This document shows positions 8,543 to 17,614 of a stretch of DNA of 64,000 nucleotides, in pieces; position 1 is the stretch's first letter, and every line of letters begins with the position of its first letter. The stretch is taken from NCBI GenBank assembly GCA_038250795.1, contig JBBSBZ010000001.1, positions 2,842-66,841 of the forward strand, read 5' to 3'. The notes beneath the pieces were generated by a model, which did not search any database, had not been told where the DNA came from, and saw only the letters and a program-made list of their open reading frames with translations. The stretch is from Burkholderiales bacterium. GTDB taxonomy: Bacteria; Pseudomonadota; Gammaproteobacteria; Burkholderiales; Burkholderiaceae_C. The translations under genes were made by a program, and so were the position numbers.

Positions 8543-11500
8543 GTGGCTGAGTTGCCTGCCGACTTCCTCCAGGCGCTGGTCGCGCAGAGCCGTGACCTGC
8601 TCGTCGTCAGCGACGCGAGCGGCGCCGTCCTCTGGAGCAATGAGCGCTTCTCGGGCACGACCGGCGCGATCGGTCGACCCGAGGCGACGCTGCTGGACTT
8701 CACGCCGGCCGGCGCGGCCGGTTCGGCCAGCCGCCTCTCGATCGCACGCATGCTGAGCGCGCATGGGCCGGACTCCGGCAGGTTCGAGCTGCGCAGCGCG
8801 GCAGGAGAACCGGTATGGGTCGACGCGCACTCGTCGTGGTTCTCGGGATGCATTCTCTGGACGCTCATCGAAGTCACTCACGAGAAGGCGCTCGAAGAGC
8901 GCGCGGCCCGGCAGGACGAGCTGCTCGAGACGGCGCAGGAATTCGGTCGGCTCGGCATCTGGGAGCGACAGATCCCCTCCGGCGAAGGGCGTTGGGACAA
9001 GCACGTGTTCAGGTTCTGGGACCTCGACCCGTCGGCTGGTACGCCGAGCTTCGCGGACGCGATCGAGCAGATGCATCCCGAAGACCGCAAGAGCACGATC
9101 TACCCGGAGTCCACCCGGCGCGCGGGCCGCTATGCGCAGCGCTTTCGGGTGATGCAGCGCGACGGTTCGACGCGCTGGATCCACTCGCAGTGGGAAGTGC
9201 GAAACGGTCCGCGAGGCACGCCGGATCGGGCGCTCGGCGTCATGCTCGACGACACCGAGGCGTACGACGCGGCGCGGGCCCTGAGTGACGTCAACGCCCA
9301 GCTCAAGATGGCGGTCGAGCTCGGCAAGATCGCGATCTGGCGCCACGACCTTCGTACCGGTCGCATGTACTACAGCCATCGCGCCTTCGATCTGCTCGGC
9401 ATGCCGCCGCGGCCGGAGGGCCTGTCGATCGACGAGGTGCGCTCCTTCATCCACCCCGACGACATCCCGAGCGTGATCGCCTCGGCGGAGCAGGCCCTCG
9501 CGTCGACCGAGCCGACCGACCTCGAGGCGCGCTATCGCCGCATCGACGGCACCTGGCGCTACGTGCTGTCGCGCCGCGTCGTCGAGCGCAGCGCCACCGG
9601 CGAGCCGCTCGCCTTCGTCGGCGTAGCTCTCGACATGACCGAGCGGGTCGAGCACCTGCGCCACGCCGAGGAGCTCGCGCGCCGCCTCGAAGCCGCCTCG
9701 CGGGCGGCCGGCGTCGGCATCTGGACCACCACGATCGGACGGGGCGGCGCCGACTGGAACGCGCAGATGTTCGAGCTCTTCGAACTCTGCACGCCGCCGC
9801 ACCCGCCAACTTTCGGCGAGTGGATCGCGAGCTCTGTGCATCCAGACGATCGCGATCGCGTCAAGCAGATGTCGCGGTCCTACTTCCTCTCCGGCGAGGG
9901 CCCGTTCGAACTCGAGTTCCGGGCCCTGCGCCGCGACGGCAGCGTGCGCTGGATCGTGATGCGCGCCGACGTCGATCGCGTCCACGTCGCCCAGCGCCGC
10001 ATCCTCGGCGTGGCCATGGACGTCACCGAGCACCACCGCGCGCTCGAGGCGCTGCGCGAGGCGAGCCAGCGCGCGGCCCTGATCACGCGCCACGCCGGCA
10101 TCGGCACCTGGGAGAGCGATCTCGGCGGCGGGCAGCACTGGGACGCGCAGATGTTCCAGCTGCGCGGACTCCAGCCCCGCGAAGCCGCCCTGACACGCGA
10201 GGAGCGGCTCGCGCTCGTCCATCCCGACGACGTCGCCGTTCTCATCGACTCGCTCGCCGGCACTCCCGAGGCCCACCTCGCGTCGGCGTACGAGTTCCGC
10301 GTCTGCCTCCCCGACGGCAGCTACCGCTGGCTCGCGTCGCGCTCCGCCGACGTGCTCGACGAGGCCGGACGCCCGGCGCGGCGCGTCGGCGTCAACTGGG
10401 ACATCACCGAGAGCAAGAACGCCGAGATGGTGCGCCAGCAGGCGGCGCTCGCCGAGCGCGGCATCCAGGCCAAGTCGCAGTTCCTCTCTCGCATGAGCCA
10501 CGAGCTGCGCACGCCGCTGAACGCGGTGCTCGGCTTCACCCAGCTGCTCCAGATCGAGGCCCGCAAGTCGGGTCAGGCCGAGCAGCTCGCCAAGCTCGAG
10601 CACGTGCGGGCCGCCGGCGACCACCTGCTGTCGCTCATCAACGACGTGCTCGACCTGTCGGGGCTCGAAGCCGGCGAGATCAAGCTTTCGCTGCGGCCGG
10701 TCGATCTGGGCATGCTCGTGCGCCAGTCGCTGCCGCTGCTGCACTCGCTCGCGCTGCAGCACGACGTCGTCATCGAGACGAGACGGGCCGAGGGCGTCGC
10801 GCGGGGCGACCCGACCCGACTTCGGCAAGTGCTCATCAACCTGCTTTCCAACGGGATCAAGTACAACCGGCGCGGTGGCCGCGTCGTCGTCGAGACCTGG
10901 GCCGACGACAGCGAGGCGACGCTCAGGGTGAGCGACACCGGGCGCGGCCTCAACGAGGCGCAGATCGTCGACCTGTTCGAGCCCTTCAACCGCTTCGGCG
11001 TCGAGCACGAAGGCATCGAAGGCACCGGCATCGGCCTGACGATCGTCAAGGCGCTCGTCGACGGGATGGGTGGCCGGATCGCGGTCGAGAGCGAGCCTGG
11101 ACGCGGAACCACGTTCGACGTGACCCTGTCGGCGCTGTCCTCGGCTTCCTTCGCGGAGGGATCGGCCGTGGCCTCTGCGCCTGCGGCGCTCGCCGACACG
11201 GGCTTCGACGCCCTCGGCGGCACGGTGCTCTACATCGAGGACAACCACGTCAACGTGCTCCTCGTCGAAGAGCTCGTGAGAAGCCTGGGTGACTTCAACG
11301 TCGTCTCGGAGACGACCGGGGCTGCCGGCGTCGCGCGCGCGACCACCCTGCAACCCGATCTGGTCCTGGTCGACATGCAGCTGCCCGACTTCGACGGCTA
11401 CGAGGTGCTCCGGCGCATTCGCGCCGACCCGGCGACGCAAACGATCCCGTGCGTCGCCCTCTCCGCCAACGCCATGCGCGAGGACATCGAGCGCGGCCTT

Positions 11501-11635
11501 GCGGCAGGTTTCGCCGACTACTGGACCAAGCCGATCGACTTCGGCGTCTTCATCGCCGCGCTGCAGCGCTTCTTCCCGGCGCAAGCCCTCGCTCAGGCGC
11601 CGGCCGAAAGGAAGCAGGGCGCGGCGGGCGCGTGA
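8543..11635 (+). CDS. Cytoplasmic multi-PAS hybrid histidine kinase / response regulator
   Basis: Four PAS/PAC repeats (LGIW, IAIW, VGIW, IGTW ... HPED/HPDD), H-box SHELRTPLN, N/G boxes NLLSNGIKYN, DTGRG and GTGIGL, and a C-terminal receiver (EDN, DMQLPD, KP). Confidence 0.92.
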   Translation: MAELPADFLQALVAQSRDLLVVSDASGAVLWSNERFSGTTGAIGRPEATLLDFTPAGAAGSASRLSIARMLSAHGPDSGRFELRSAAGEPVWVDAHSSWFSGCILWTLIEVTHEKALEERAARQDELLETAQEFGRLGIWERQIPSGEGRWDKHVFRFWDLDPSAGTPSFADAIEQMHPEDRKSTIYPESTRRAGRYAQRFRVMQRDGSTRWIHSQWEVRNGPRGTPDRALGVMLDDTEAYDAARALSDVNAQLKMAVELGKIAIWRHDLRTGRMYYSHRAFDLLGMPPRPEGLSIDEVRSFIHPDDIPSVIASAEQALASTEPTDLEARYRRIDGTWRYVLSRRVVERSATGEPLAFVGVALDMTERVEHLRHAEELARRLEAASRAAGVGIWTTTIGRGGADWNAQMFELFELCTPPHPPTFGEWIASSVHPDDRDRVKQMSRSYFLSGEGPFELEFRALRRDGSVRWIVMRADVDRVHVAQRRILGVAMDVTEHHRALEALREASQRAALITRHAGIGTWESDLGGGQHWDAQMFQLRGLQPREAALTREERLALVHPDDVAVLIDSLAGTPEAHLASAYEFRVCLPDGSYRWLASRSADVLDEAGRPARRVGVNWDITESKNAEMVRQQAALAERGIQAKSQFLSRMSHELRTPLNAVLGFTQLLQIEARKSGQAEQLAKLEHVRAAGDHLLSLINDVLDLSGLEAGEIKLSLRPVDLGMLVRQSLPLLHSLALQHDVVIETRRAEGVARGDPTRLRQVLINLLSNGIKYNRRGGRVVVETWADDSEATLRVSDTGRGLNEAQIVDLFEPFNRFGVEHEGIEGTGIGLTIVKALVDGMGGRIAVESEPGRGTTFDVTLSALSSASFAEGSAVASAPAALADTGFDALGGTVLYIEDNHVNVLLVEELVRSLGDFNVVSETTGAAGVARATTLQPDLVLVDMQLPDFDGYEVLRRIRADPATQTIPCVALSANAMREDIERGLAAGFADYWTKPIDFGVFIAALQRFFPAQALAQAPAERKQGAAGA

Positions 11636-11639
11636 AGAG

Positions 11640-13697
11640 TCAGGTCGCCGGCTCGAGCAGGCCGCGCCGGCGCAGCATCGGCTCGGGCGTGGGCCCGCGG
11701 CCGCGAAAGGCCCGGTAGGCGGCGCCCGGCTCGATCGAGTTGCCCGACGCATAGATGAAGCCCGCGAGGCGCTTCGCGACTTCCGGATCGAAGGGATTGC
11801 CGGCCTCGACAAAGGCCTCGAAGCCGTCGGCATCGAGCACCTCGGCCCACAGGTACACGTAGTAGCCGGCGGCGTACGACGAGCCTGCGAACAGATGCCC
11901 GAAGTGGACGAGGCGGTGATTGACGCCGACGCCGTCCGGCAGTCCGAGTCGCTCCCACTCTTCGCGCTCGAAGGCGACGACGTCGACCGGCGTGCTGCCC
12001 GTGCACGCGTGCGCCGCCATGTCGACGAGGGCCGACGCCGCGTAGCGCACCGTCTCGTAGCCCTGGTTGAAGAGGCGTGCCTCGTTCAGGCGGGCGATGA
12101 GCGCATCGGGAATCGGCTCGTCGCTCTCGAAGTGGCGCGCGTGACGCCTCAACACCTCGGGCTGCTCGAGCCAGTGCTCGAAGATCTGCGACGGCAGCTC
12201 GACGAAGTCGCGCAGCACGCTCGTGCCCGACAGCCGCTCGTACGTGACGTTCGAGAGCAGCCCGTGCAGGCCGTGGCCGAACTCGTGAAAGAGTGTGCGG
12301 GCGTCGTCGAAGCTGAGCAGGGTCGGCTGGCCTGGCGCGGCCTTGGCGAAGTTGTTGTTGTTGACGATGATCGGCAGTGCGGCAGTGCCGCCTTCGCCGT
12401 TCCTGGCCTGCTGCCGGTACGAACTCATCCACGCGCCGCTGCGCTTGCTCGGACGGGCGAAGTTGTCGTGCAGGAAGACGCCGACCTGCCGGCCCACCGC
12501 GTCGCGCACCTCGTAGACGCGCACGTCGGGGTGGTAGACGCGGATGTCCGGACGGGCCACGAAGACGAGCCCGAACAACCGACCGGCGCAGTCGAAGGCG
12601 GCCTCGACCATCCGCTCGAGCGCGAAGTAGGGCTTGATCTCGGCCTCGTCGAGGTCGTAGCGCAGTTGACGCACCTTCTCGGCGTAGAAGCGCCAGTCCC
12701 AGGCCTCGATGCGCGACGACTCGCCGCACGACAGCGCCAGCGCAGCCAGCGCGACGCGCTCCTGCTCGACGCGCGCCTTCGCCGGCGCCCAGACGCTCTC
12801 GAGGAGCGCCGTCACCGCCGCCTGGCTCCGGGCCATCGTGTCGCTGAGGGCGAAATCGGCGAAGCTCCCATGGCCGTGCAGGCGCGCTTGCTCCAGGCGC
12901 AGGGCGAGGATCTCGGCCGCGACGGCGCGGTTGTCGTTCGCGCCCGGATGCTCGCCGCGCGACGTCCAGGCGCGCCAGGCCTTCTCGCGCAGGTCGCGCC
13001 GTTCCGAGAAGGTGAGGAACGGGACGATGAGCGAGCGCGACAGGGTGATCGTCGCCGCGCCCTCGAGGCCCCGCTCGACCGCGGCCTGCTGCGCCGCCGC
13101 GCGCACGAAATGCGGCAGGCCGGCGAGATCGACCTCGCCTTCGAGGCGGAGCTGGAAGGACGACTCGTCGGCGAGAACGTTCTGCCCGAATCGCGTGGTC
13201 AGCTCGGCCAGCCGCTGCATGACCTCGGCGTGGCGCGCCTGATCGGCTGGGGCGAGCCGGGCGCCGGCACGCACGAAGTCGAGATGGAACCGCTCGAGGA
13301 CGCGGCGCTGCTCATCGTCGAGGCCGAGCCGGTCCCGCGCGGCGTGGAGCGTATCGATGCGGGCGAAGAGTCCGGCGTCGTTGCAAACCCGGCTGTCGTG
13401 CGCAGCGAGCAGTGGCGCCATCTCGCGCTCCACTGCCTGCAGCGCGGGCGAGGTCTCGCTCGATGCGAGGTTGTAGAACAGCGAGCAGATGCGGCCAAGC
13501 AGGCGACCGGCGCTATCGAGCGCGACGATCGTGTTCTCGAAGGTCGGTGGCGCGGTCTGGCCGGTGATCGCCTCGATCTCGGCAAGATGGCGCGCCATCG
13601 CCTCCTGCATCGCCGGAGCGAACTGCTCGGCGCGAACTGCTGCGAACGGCGGCAGGCCGAACGGCCCGGTCCAGGGCGCGACCAGCGGGTTGGTCAC
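11640..13697 (-). CDS. dcp: M3 family metallopeptidase (peptidyl-dipeptidase Dcp-like)
   Basis: GTG start (VTNPLVAPWTGPFGLPPF), FHEFGHGLH zinc motif, DFVELPSQ and YAAGYYVYLWAEVLDAD. Confidence 0.88.
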   Translation of the reverse strand: MTNPLVAPWTGPFGLPPFAAVRAEQFAPAMQEAMARHLAEIEAITGQTAPPTFENTIVALDSAGRLLGRICSLFYNLASSETSPALQAVEREMAPLLAAHDSRVCNDAGLFARIDTLHAARDRLGLDDEQRRVLERFHLDFVRAGARLAPADQARHAEVMQRLAELTTRFGQNVLADESSFQLRLEGEVDLAGLPHFVRAAAQQAAVERGLEGAATITLSRSLIVPFLTFSERRDLREKAWRAWTSRGEHPGANDNRAVAAEILALRLEQARLHGHGSFADFALSDTMARSQAAVTALLESVWAPAKARVEQERVALAALALSCGESSRIEAWDWRFYAEKVRQLRYDLDEAEIKPYFALERMVEAAFDCAGRLFGLVFVARPDIRVYHPDVRVYEVRDAVGRQVGVFLHDNFARPSKRSGAWMSSYRQQARNGEGGTAALPIIVNNNNFAKAAPGQPTLLSFDDARTLFHEFGHGLHGLLSNVTYERLSGTSVLRDFVELPSQIFEHWLEQPEVLRRHARHFESDEPIPDALIARLNEARLFNQGYETVRYAASALVDMAAHACTGSTPVDVVAFEREEWERLGLPDGVGVNHRLVHFGHLFAGSSYAAGYYVYLWAEVLDADGFEAFVEAGNPFDPEVAKRLAGFIYASGNSIEPGAAYRAFRGRGPTPEPMLRRRGLLEPAT

Positions 13698-14203
13698 TTC
13701 TTGGCGCGCTGGATGTCGGCGAGGTCGCGGTCGTCGTAGCGCCGGTTGCCGCAGGCCGATGTGTAGCTCGCCTGCGCCGCCTGGATGACGTCGACGTCCT
13801 TGTTGAAGGCCGCCGCCTTGGCCTGGTAGCTCTCCACCATCGCATTGCGCGCGACCACCTTGGCGTTGAAGGCGTCGACGTCGTCCTTCTTGGACCGGTC
13901 GAGCGTGGCCTGTGTGCTGGTGTTCTCGGCGGCGGTGCGGTCGAGCTCGGCCTTCATCGCCACGAGATCGGCCTTCGACTTGACGGCGGCCTCGTTCTTC
14001 TGGCCCAGGCTGTCCTTTTGGGAGAGGCATTCGCGCAGCTCGGCCTGGGTCATGACCGAGTCCTTGGGGCGCGGCGCCGATGCAGCGCCGGCCGCTTCGG
14101 CGACCAGCGGTCCCAGGGCCACCGCCAGGGCGACCAGCAGGCGAAACGGGGAGCCCACGCACCGGGAGTGCGAGGACGGAGCGGAGGTGTGTCGGATGTC
14201 CAT
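13694..14203 (-). CDS. Hypothetical exported coiled-coil protein with two Cys
   Basis: Hydrophobic signal (LLVALAVALGPLVAEA), ELRECL, heptad-rich body, ACGNRRY. Stop overlaps the dcp GTG. Confidence 0.65.
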   Translation of the reverse strand: MDIRHTSAPSSHSRCVGSPFRLLVALAVALGPLVAEAAGAASAPRPKDSVMTQAELRECLSQKDSLGQKNEAAVKSKADLVAMKAELDRTAAENTSTQATLDRSKKDDVDAFNAKVVARNAMVESYQAKAAAFNKDVDVIQAAQASYTSACGNRRYDDRDLADIQRAKK

Positions 14204-14209
14204 GCGGAA

Positions 14210-15574
14210 TCATGCCACCACGGGCGTTCTCATCGTCACGAACTCCTCGGCCGCGGTCGGGTGGATGCCGAGCGTCGCGTCGAACACGGCCTTGGTCGCG
14301 CCCGCCTTCATCGCGACCGCGAATCCCTGGATGGTTTCACCCGCGTCGGCGCCGACCATGTGGAGGCCGACGACACGATCGTTCGCGTCGTCGACGACCA
14401 GCTTCATCAACGTGCGCTCGCTGCTCTTCGACAGGGTGTGACGCAGCGCCTTGAACTCGGAGCGATAGACCCGGATCTTCTCGAAGCGCGCGCGCGCGTC
14501 GCGCTCCGAGAAGCCGATCGTGCCGATGCTCGGGTGGGTGAAGACGGCGGTCGGAATGTGCATGTAGTCGACTGTCCGCTCCGAGCCGCCGAAGAGATCG
14601 TCGACCAGCGCCATCGCCTCGGCGAGTGCGACCGGCGTGAGCTGGACGCGATCGATGACGTCGCCGACGGCGAAGATGCCCTCGACGTTGGTGCGGTAGC
14701 GTTCGTCGACGACGACGGCGCCGTTGAGGTCGAGCGCGACGCCGATCGCCTCCAGGCCGAGACCGGCCGTGTTGGGAGCCCGGCCCGTCGCGTAGAGGAC
14801 GGTGTCGGCCTCGATTTCGCTGCCGTCGCCGAGGACGACGCGGGTCGACGCCGGCTCGCGGCCTGCCTCGAGCGCGGCGACGGTCGTGCCGACGCGGATG
14901 TCGACGCCCTTTTTCTTCATCTCGGCGGCGACGAAGTGACGGATGTCGTCGTCGAAGCCGCGCAGGATCTGCTCGCCGCGATAGAGCTGCGTCACCTCGG
15001 CGCCGAGGCCGTTGAAGATCGACGCGAACTCCGACGCGATGTAGCCGCCGCCGACGACGACCAGTCGGCGCGGGAAACGCTCGAGGTCGAAGATCTCGTT
15101 CGAGCTGATCGCCCGCTCGGCACCCGGCACGCCCGGCGGCACGGGCCAGCCGCCGGTGGCCACGACGATGCGCTCGGCCCGATGGCGCACGCCGGCGACC
15201 TCGACCTCCTTCGCACCGACGATGCGCGCGCGCCCGCGCAGGATCGTCGCCCCGGCGTCGGTGAGGAGATCGCCATAGATGCGATTGAGCCGCGAGATCT
15301 CCGTGGCGCGATTGGCCTTCAGCGTGGCCCAATCGAAGGCCGGCGGCACGACGGTCCAGCCGAAGCCGTGTGCTTCCTCGAAACTGTCGGCGTAGTGGGC
15401 AGCGAAGCTGTAGAGCTTCTTGGGAATGCAGCCGAGGTTGACGCAGGTGCCGCCGAGGGCGGCGTCCTCGGCGACGGCGACACGGGCGCCGCGCGTCGCC
15501 GCGAGGCGGCCGGCGCGCACACCGCCGCTGCCGGCGCCGATGATGAAGAGATCGAAGGCCGGCTCGCGGCTCAT
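14210..15574 (-). CDS. gor: Glutathione-disulfide reductase
   Basis: IGAGSGG FAD site, GGTCVNLGCIPKK redox disulfide, GGGYIA and C-terminal GIHPTAAEEFVTM. Confidence 0.93.
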   Translation of the reverse strand: MSREPAFDLFIIGAGSGGVRAGRLAATRGARVAVAEDAALGGTCVNLGCIPKKLYSFAAHYADSFEEAHGFGWTVVPPAFDWATLKANRATEISRLNRIYGDLLTDAGATILRGRARIVGAKEVEVAGVRHRAERIVVATGGWPVPPGVPGAERAISSNEIFDLERFPRRLVVVGGGYIASEFASIFNGLGAEVTQLYRGEQILRGFDDDIRHFVAAEMKKKGVDIRVGTTVAALEAGREPASTRVVLGDGSEIEADTVLYATGRAPNTAGLGLEAIGVALDLNGAVVVDERYRTNVEGIFAVGDVIDRVQLTPVALAEAMALVDDLFGGSERTVDYMHIPTAVFTHPSIGTIGFSERDARARFEKIRVYRSEFKALRHTLSKSSERTLMKLVVDDANDRVVGLHMVGADAGETIQGFAVAMKAGATKAVFDATLGIHPTAAEEFVTMRTPVVA

Positions 15575-15593
15575 GGGCGTCGACGCTCCCCGC

Positions 15594-15866
15594 TCACTTC
15601 AGCGCCTTGCCGAGCAGCTCGGCGACCAGCCCGTTGAGGCCGCCCTCGTGGGCCGCACTCTTCTCGCGCAGCCTCGCGGCGAGATCGGCCGGCAGCTTGC
15701 AGGCGAATGGCACGAGACCTGCCGCCGCGTCCGCCCGTCGCTGTTCGCGCCGGTCGACGACGTCGGCCACGCCCTGGCCGAAGCGGCCGGCGACGCCCGC
15801 GGCCTTCATCTGTCCGCCCACCTTCTTGGCCATCATCTTGTCGAGGTCGGACTTCTTCATGCTCAT
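15594..15866 (-). CDS. Small conserved hypothetical protein, possible C-terminal ribbon-helix-helix
   Basis: 90 aa, coding-like codon usage; ends in beta-strand + two helices (VPFACKLPADLAARLREK...LNGLVAELL). Confidence 0.6.
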   Translation of the reverse strand: MSMKKSDLDKMMAKKVGGQMKAAGVAGRFGQGVADVVDRREQRRADAAAGLVPFACKLPADLAARLREKSAAHEGGLNGLVAELLGKALK

Positions 15867-15922
15867 AGCCGTCGCCTTTCGTGCAGGGCTTCGATTGTCG
15901 CGCGCTGTGGCACAGTCCGCGG

Positions 15923-16483
15923 GTGGCCCAGAAAGCAACCGTCTTCAAGGCCGAGCTCCAGATCGCCGACATCGACCGGTCGCTCTACGCCGATCACCTC
16001 GTCACCCTCGCCCGACATCCCTCCGAGAACGACGAGCGGATGATGATCCGCCTCCTCGCCTTCGCCCTCAACGTACCCGCCGACGACCACGGCGGCGCGC
16101 TCGAGTTCGCAAAGGGCATGTGGGAGCCCGAGGAGCCCGAGCTCTGGCAGAAGGACCTCACCGGCAGGCTCCTTCACTGGATCGAGGTCGGCCAGCCCGA
16201 GGAAAGGCGCCTCGTGAAGGCCAGCGGTCGCGCCGACAAGGTGAGCGTCTACGCCTTCAGTCACGGCGCACCGGTGTGGTGGGCCGGCCTCGGAAACCGG
16301 GTCGGGCGAGCCGGCAATGTCGAGGCCTGGCAGATTCCTTTCGAGCAAAGCCGCGAGCTCGCGGCGCTCGCGCAGCGCGGCATGAGGCTGCAGGTCAATC
16401 GCCAGGACGGCGTCGTCTTCGTCGCCGACGGATCGCGCTCGGTCGAGATCACGCCCGTCCGCCTGTCGCCCGAACCGCGATGA
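15923..16483 (+). CDS. yaeQ: YaeQ family protein
   Basis: AQKATVFKAELQIADIDR, ARHPSENDERMMIRLLAF and EPELWQKDLTG...WIEVGQP. Confidence 0.9.
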   Translation: MAQKATVFKAELQIADIDRSLYADHLVTLARHPSENDERMMIRLLAFALNVPADDHGGALEFAKGMWEPEEPELWQKDLTGRLLHWIEVGQPEERRLVKASGRADKVSVYAFSHGAPVWWAGLGNRVGRAGNVEAWQIPFEQSRELAALAQRGMRLQVNRQDGVVFVADGSRSVEITPVRLSPEPR

Positions 16484-17073
16484 GCGAGACGATGGCGGCC
16501 GACGCGCAGTCGGTGCTCGACTTCTGGTTCGGCGCCGCCGGAAATCCCGAGCACGGCCAGACCCGCACGGCGTGGTTCGCGAAGGATGACGCCTTCGACG
16601 CCGAAGTGCGGGAGCGCTTCGGCGCGACGATCGAGCAGGCCCTGCGCGGCGAACTCGCCGCCTGGGCCGAGGCACCCGAGCCGGCCTTGGCGCAGATCCT
16701 TCTTCTCGATCAGCTGACGCGCAACGCGTTTCGCGGCACGCCGCGCGCCTTCGCCGGCGATGCGCGCGCCCTGGCCGCGGCGAGCCGGATGGTGGGCGAG
16801 CGGTCCGACGAGGCGCTGCCGAGCTTCATGCGGCCGTTCGTCTACCTGCCGTTCGAGCATGCCGAGGGGCTGGCGATGCAGGACGAGGCAGTGCGCCTCT
16901 TCACCCGCCTCCTCGCGGAGGACCCGGGGCAGCAAACCGTCCTCGACTACGCGCACAAGCATCGCGCCGTGATCGAGCGCTTCGGCCGCTTCCCGCACCG
17001 CAATGCCATCCTCGGGCGCCAGTCGACGGCCGAGGAAATCGACTTCCTCCAGCAGCCCGGATCAAGCTTCTGA
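16480..17073 (+). CDS. DUF924 family protein
   Basis: VLDFWFG, WFAKDDAFD, LLDQLTRNAFRG, FVYLPFEHAE and FGRFPHRNAILGR. Confidence 0.9.
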   Translation: MSETMAADAQSVLDFWFGAAGNPEHGQTRTAWFAKDDAFDAEVRERFGATIEQALRGELAAWAEAPEPALAQILLLDQLTRNAFRGTPRAFAGDARALAAASRMVGERSDEALPSFMRPFVYLPFEHAEGLAMQDEAVRLFTRLLAEDPGQQTVLDYAHKHRAVIERFGRFPHRNAILGRQSTAEEIDFLQQPGSSF

Positions 17074-17093
17074 CGCGACCGGCACGCTGCCGT

Positions 17094-17468
17094 TCAACGG
17101 CGATGCGGATTGTTCGGGTGGCGGTCGACGCGGTTGGGAATGCCGTCGCGATCGCGATCACCGTGACCCCAGCCGCCGCGGCGGAAGTGCCAGCGGTCAC
17201 CGTCCTGCACCCACACCGGAGCGTTGTAGACGTAGCCACGACGCGCCCGCACCCACACGCCGTTCACCCAGACGTGGCGCCGTCCGTTCCAGTTCCAGTA
17301 GCCCGGGGTCCAGAGGTATCCCGGCCGCGCCGCCGGGACCATCTCCGTGCGCAGCGGCGGCGGCGCGATCCGGATGAAGACATCGGCCGCCTGGGCCGCG
17401 GGAGCGATGGCCGCGAGCGAGGCGGTGGCAGCCGCGATTACGGCCAGCTTCTTGAAGGTCGAGGACAT
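17094..17468 (-). CDS. Exported YXWGXW-repeat protein with a C-terminal DRDRDGIPN calcium-binding-like motif
   Basis: Signal peptide (APAAQA), APPPLR, GYLWTPGYWNW and GYVYNAPVW repeats. RBS aggag upstream of ATG 17468. Confidence 0.85.
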   Translation of the reverse strand: MSSTFKKLAVIAAATASLAAIAPAAQAADVFIRIAPPPLRTEMVPAARPGYLWTPGYWNWNGRRHVWVNGVWVRARRGYVYNAPVWVQDGDRWHFRRGGWGHGDRDRDGIPNRVDRHPNNPHRR

Positions 17469-17614
17469 TCGTCTGTCTCCTGAATCGATGACCTCCGCAT
17501 CATCGAGGGATTCGACGGCGGCCCGCGTCGGAAACGGACAACGACCCCTGTCGGCCGACTTGCCGGCGCGTGAAGTTTCGTGGCGATCTCTTGCCACGTG
17601 TCAACGACGACAAC

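Noticed and set aside
8345-11833. 1162-aa minus-strand ORF, and likewise 41728..45942 (1404 aa), 17570..20374 and 53453..56410
   Set aside because: Antisense shadows of genuine genes, expected in high-GC DNA with strong codon bias; no recognisable motifs.
11640-14213. Apparent 857-aa N-terminally extended M3 peptidase, and similar long upstream extensions on argG, lspA, eamA, the SDR and vWA ORFs
   Set aside because: The extensions overlap upstream genes in another frame; the real starts are at the conserved N-termini.
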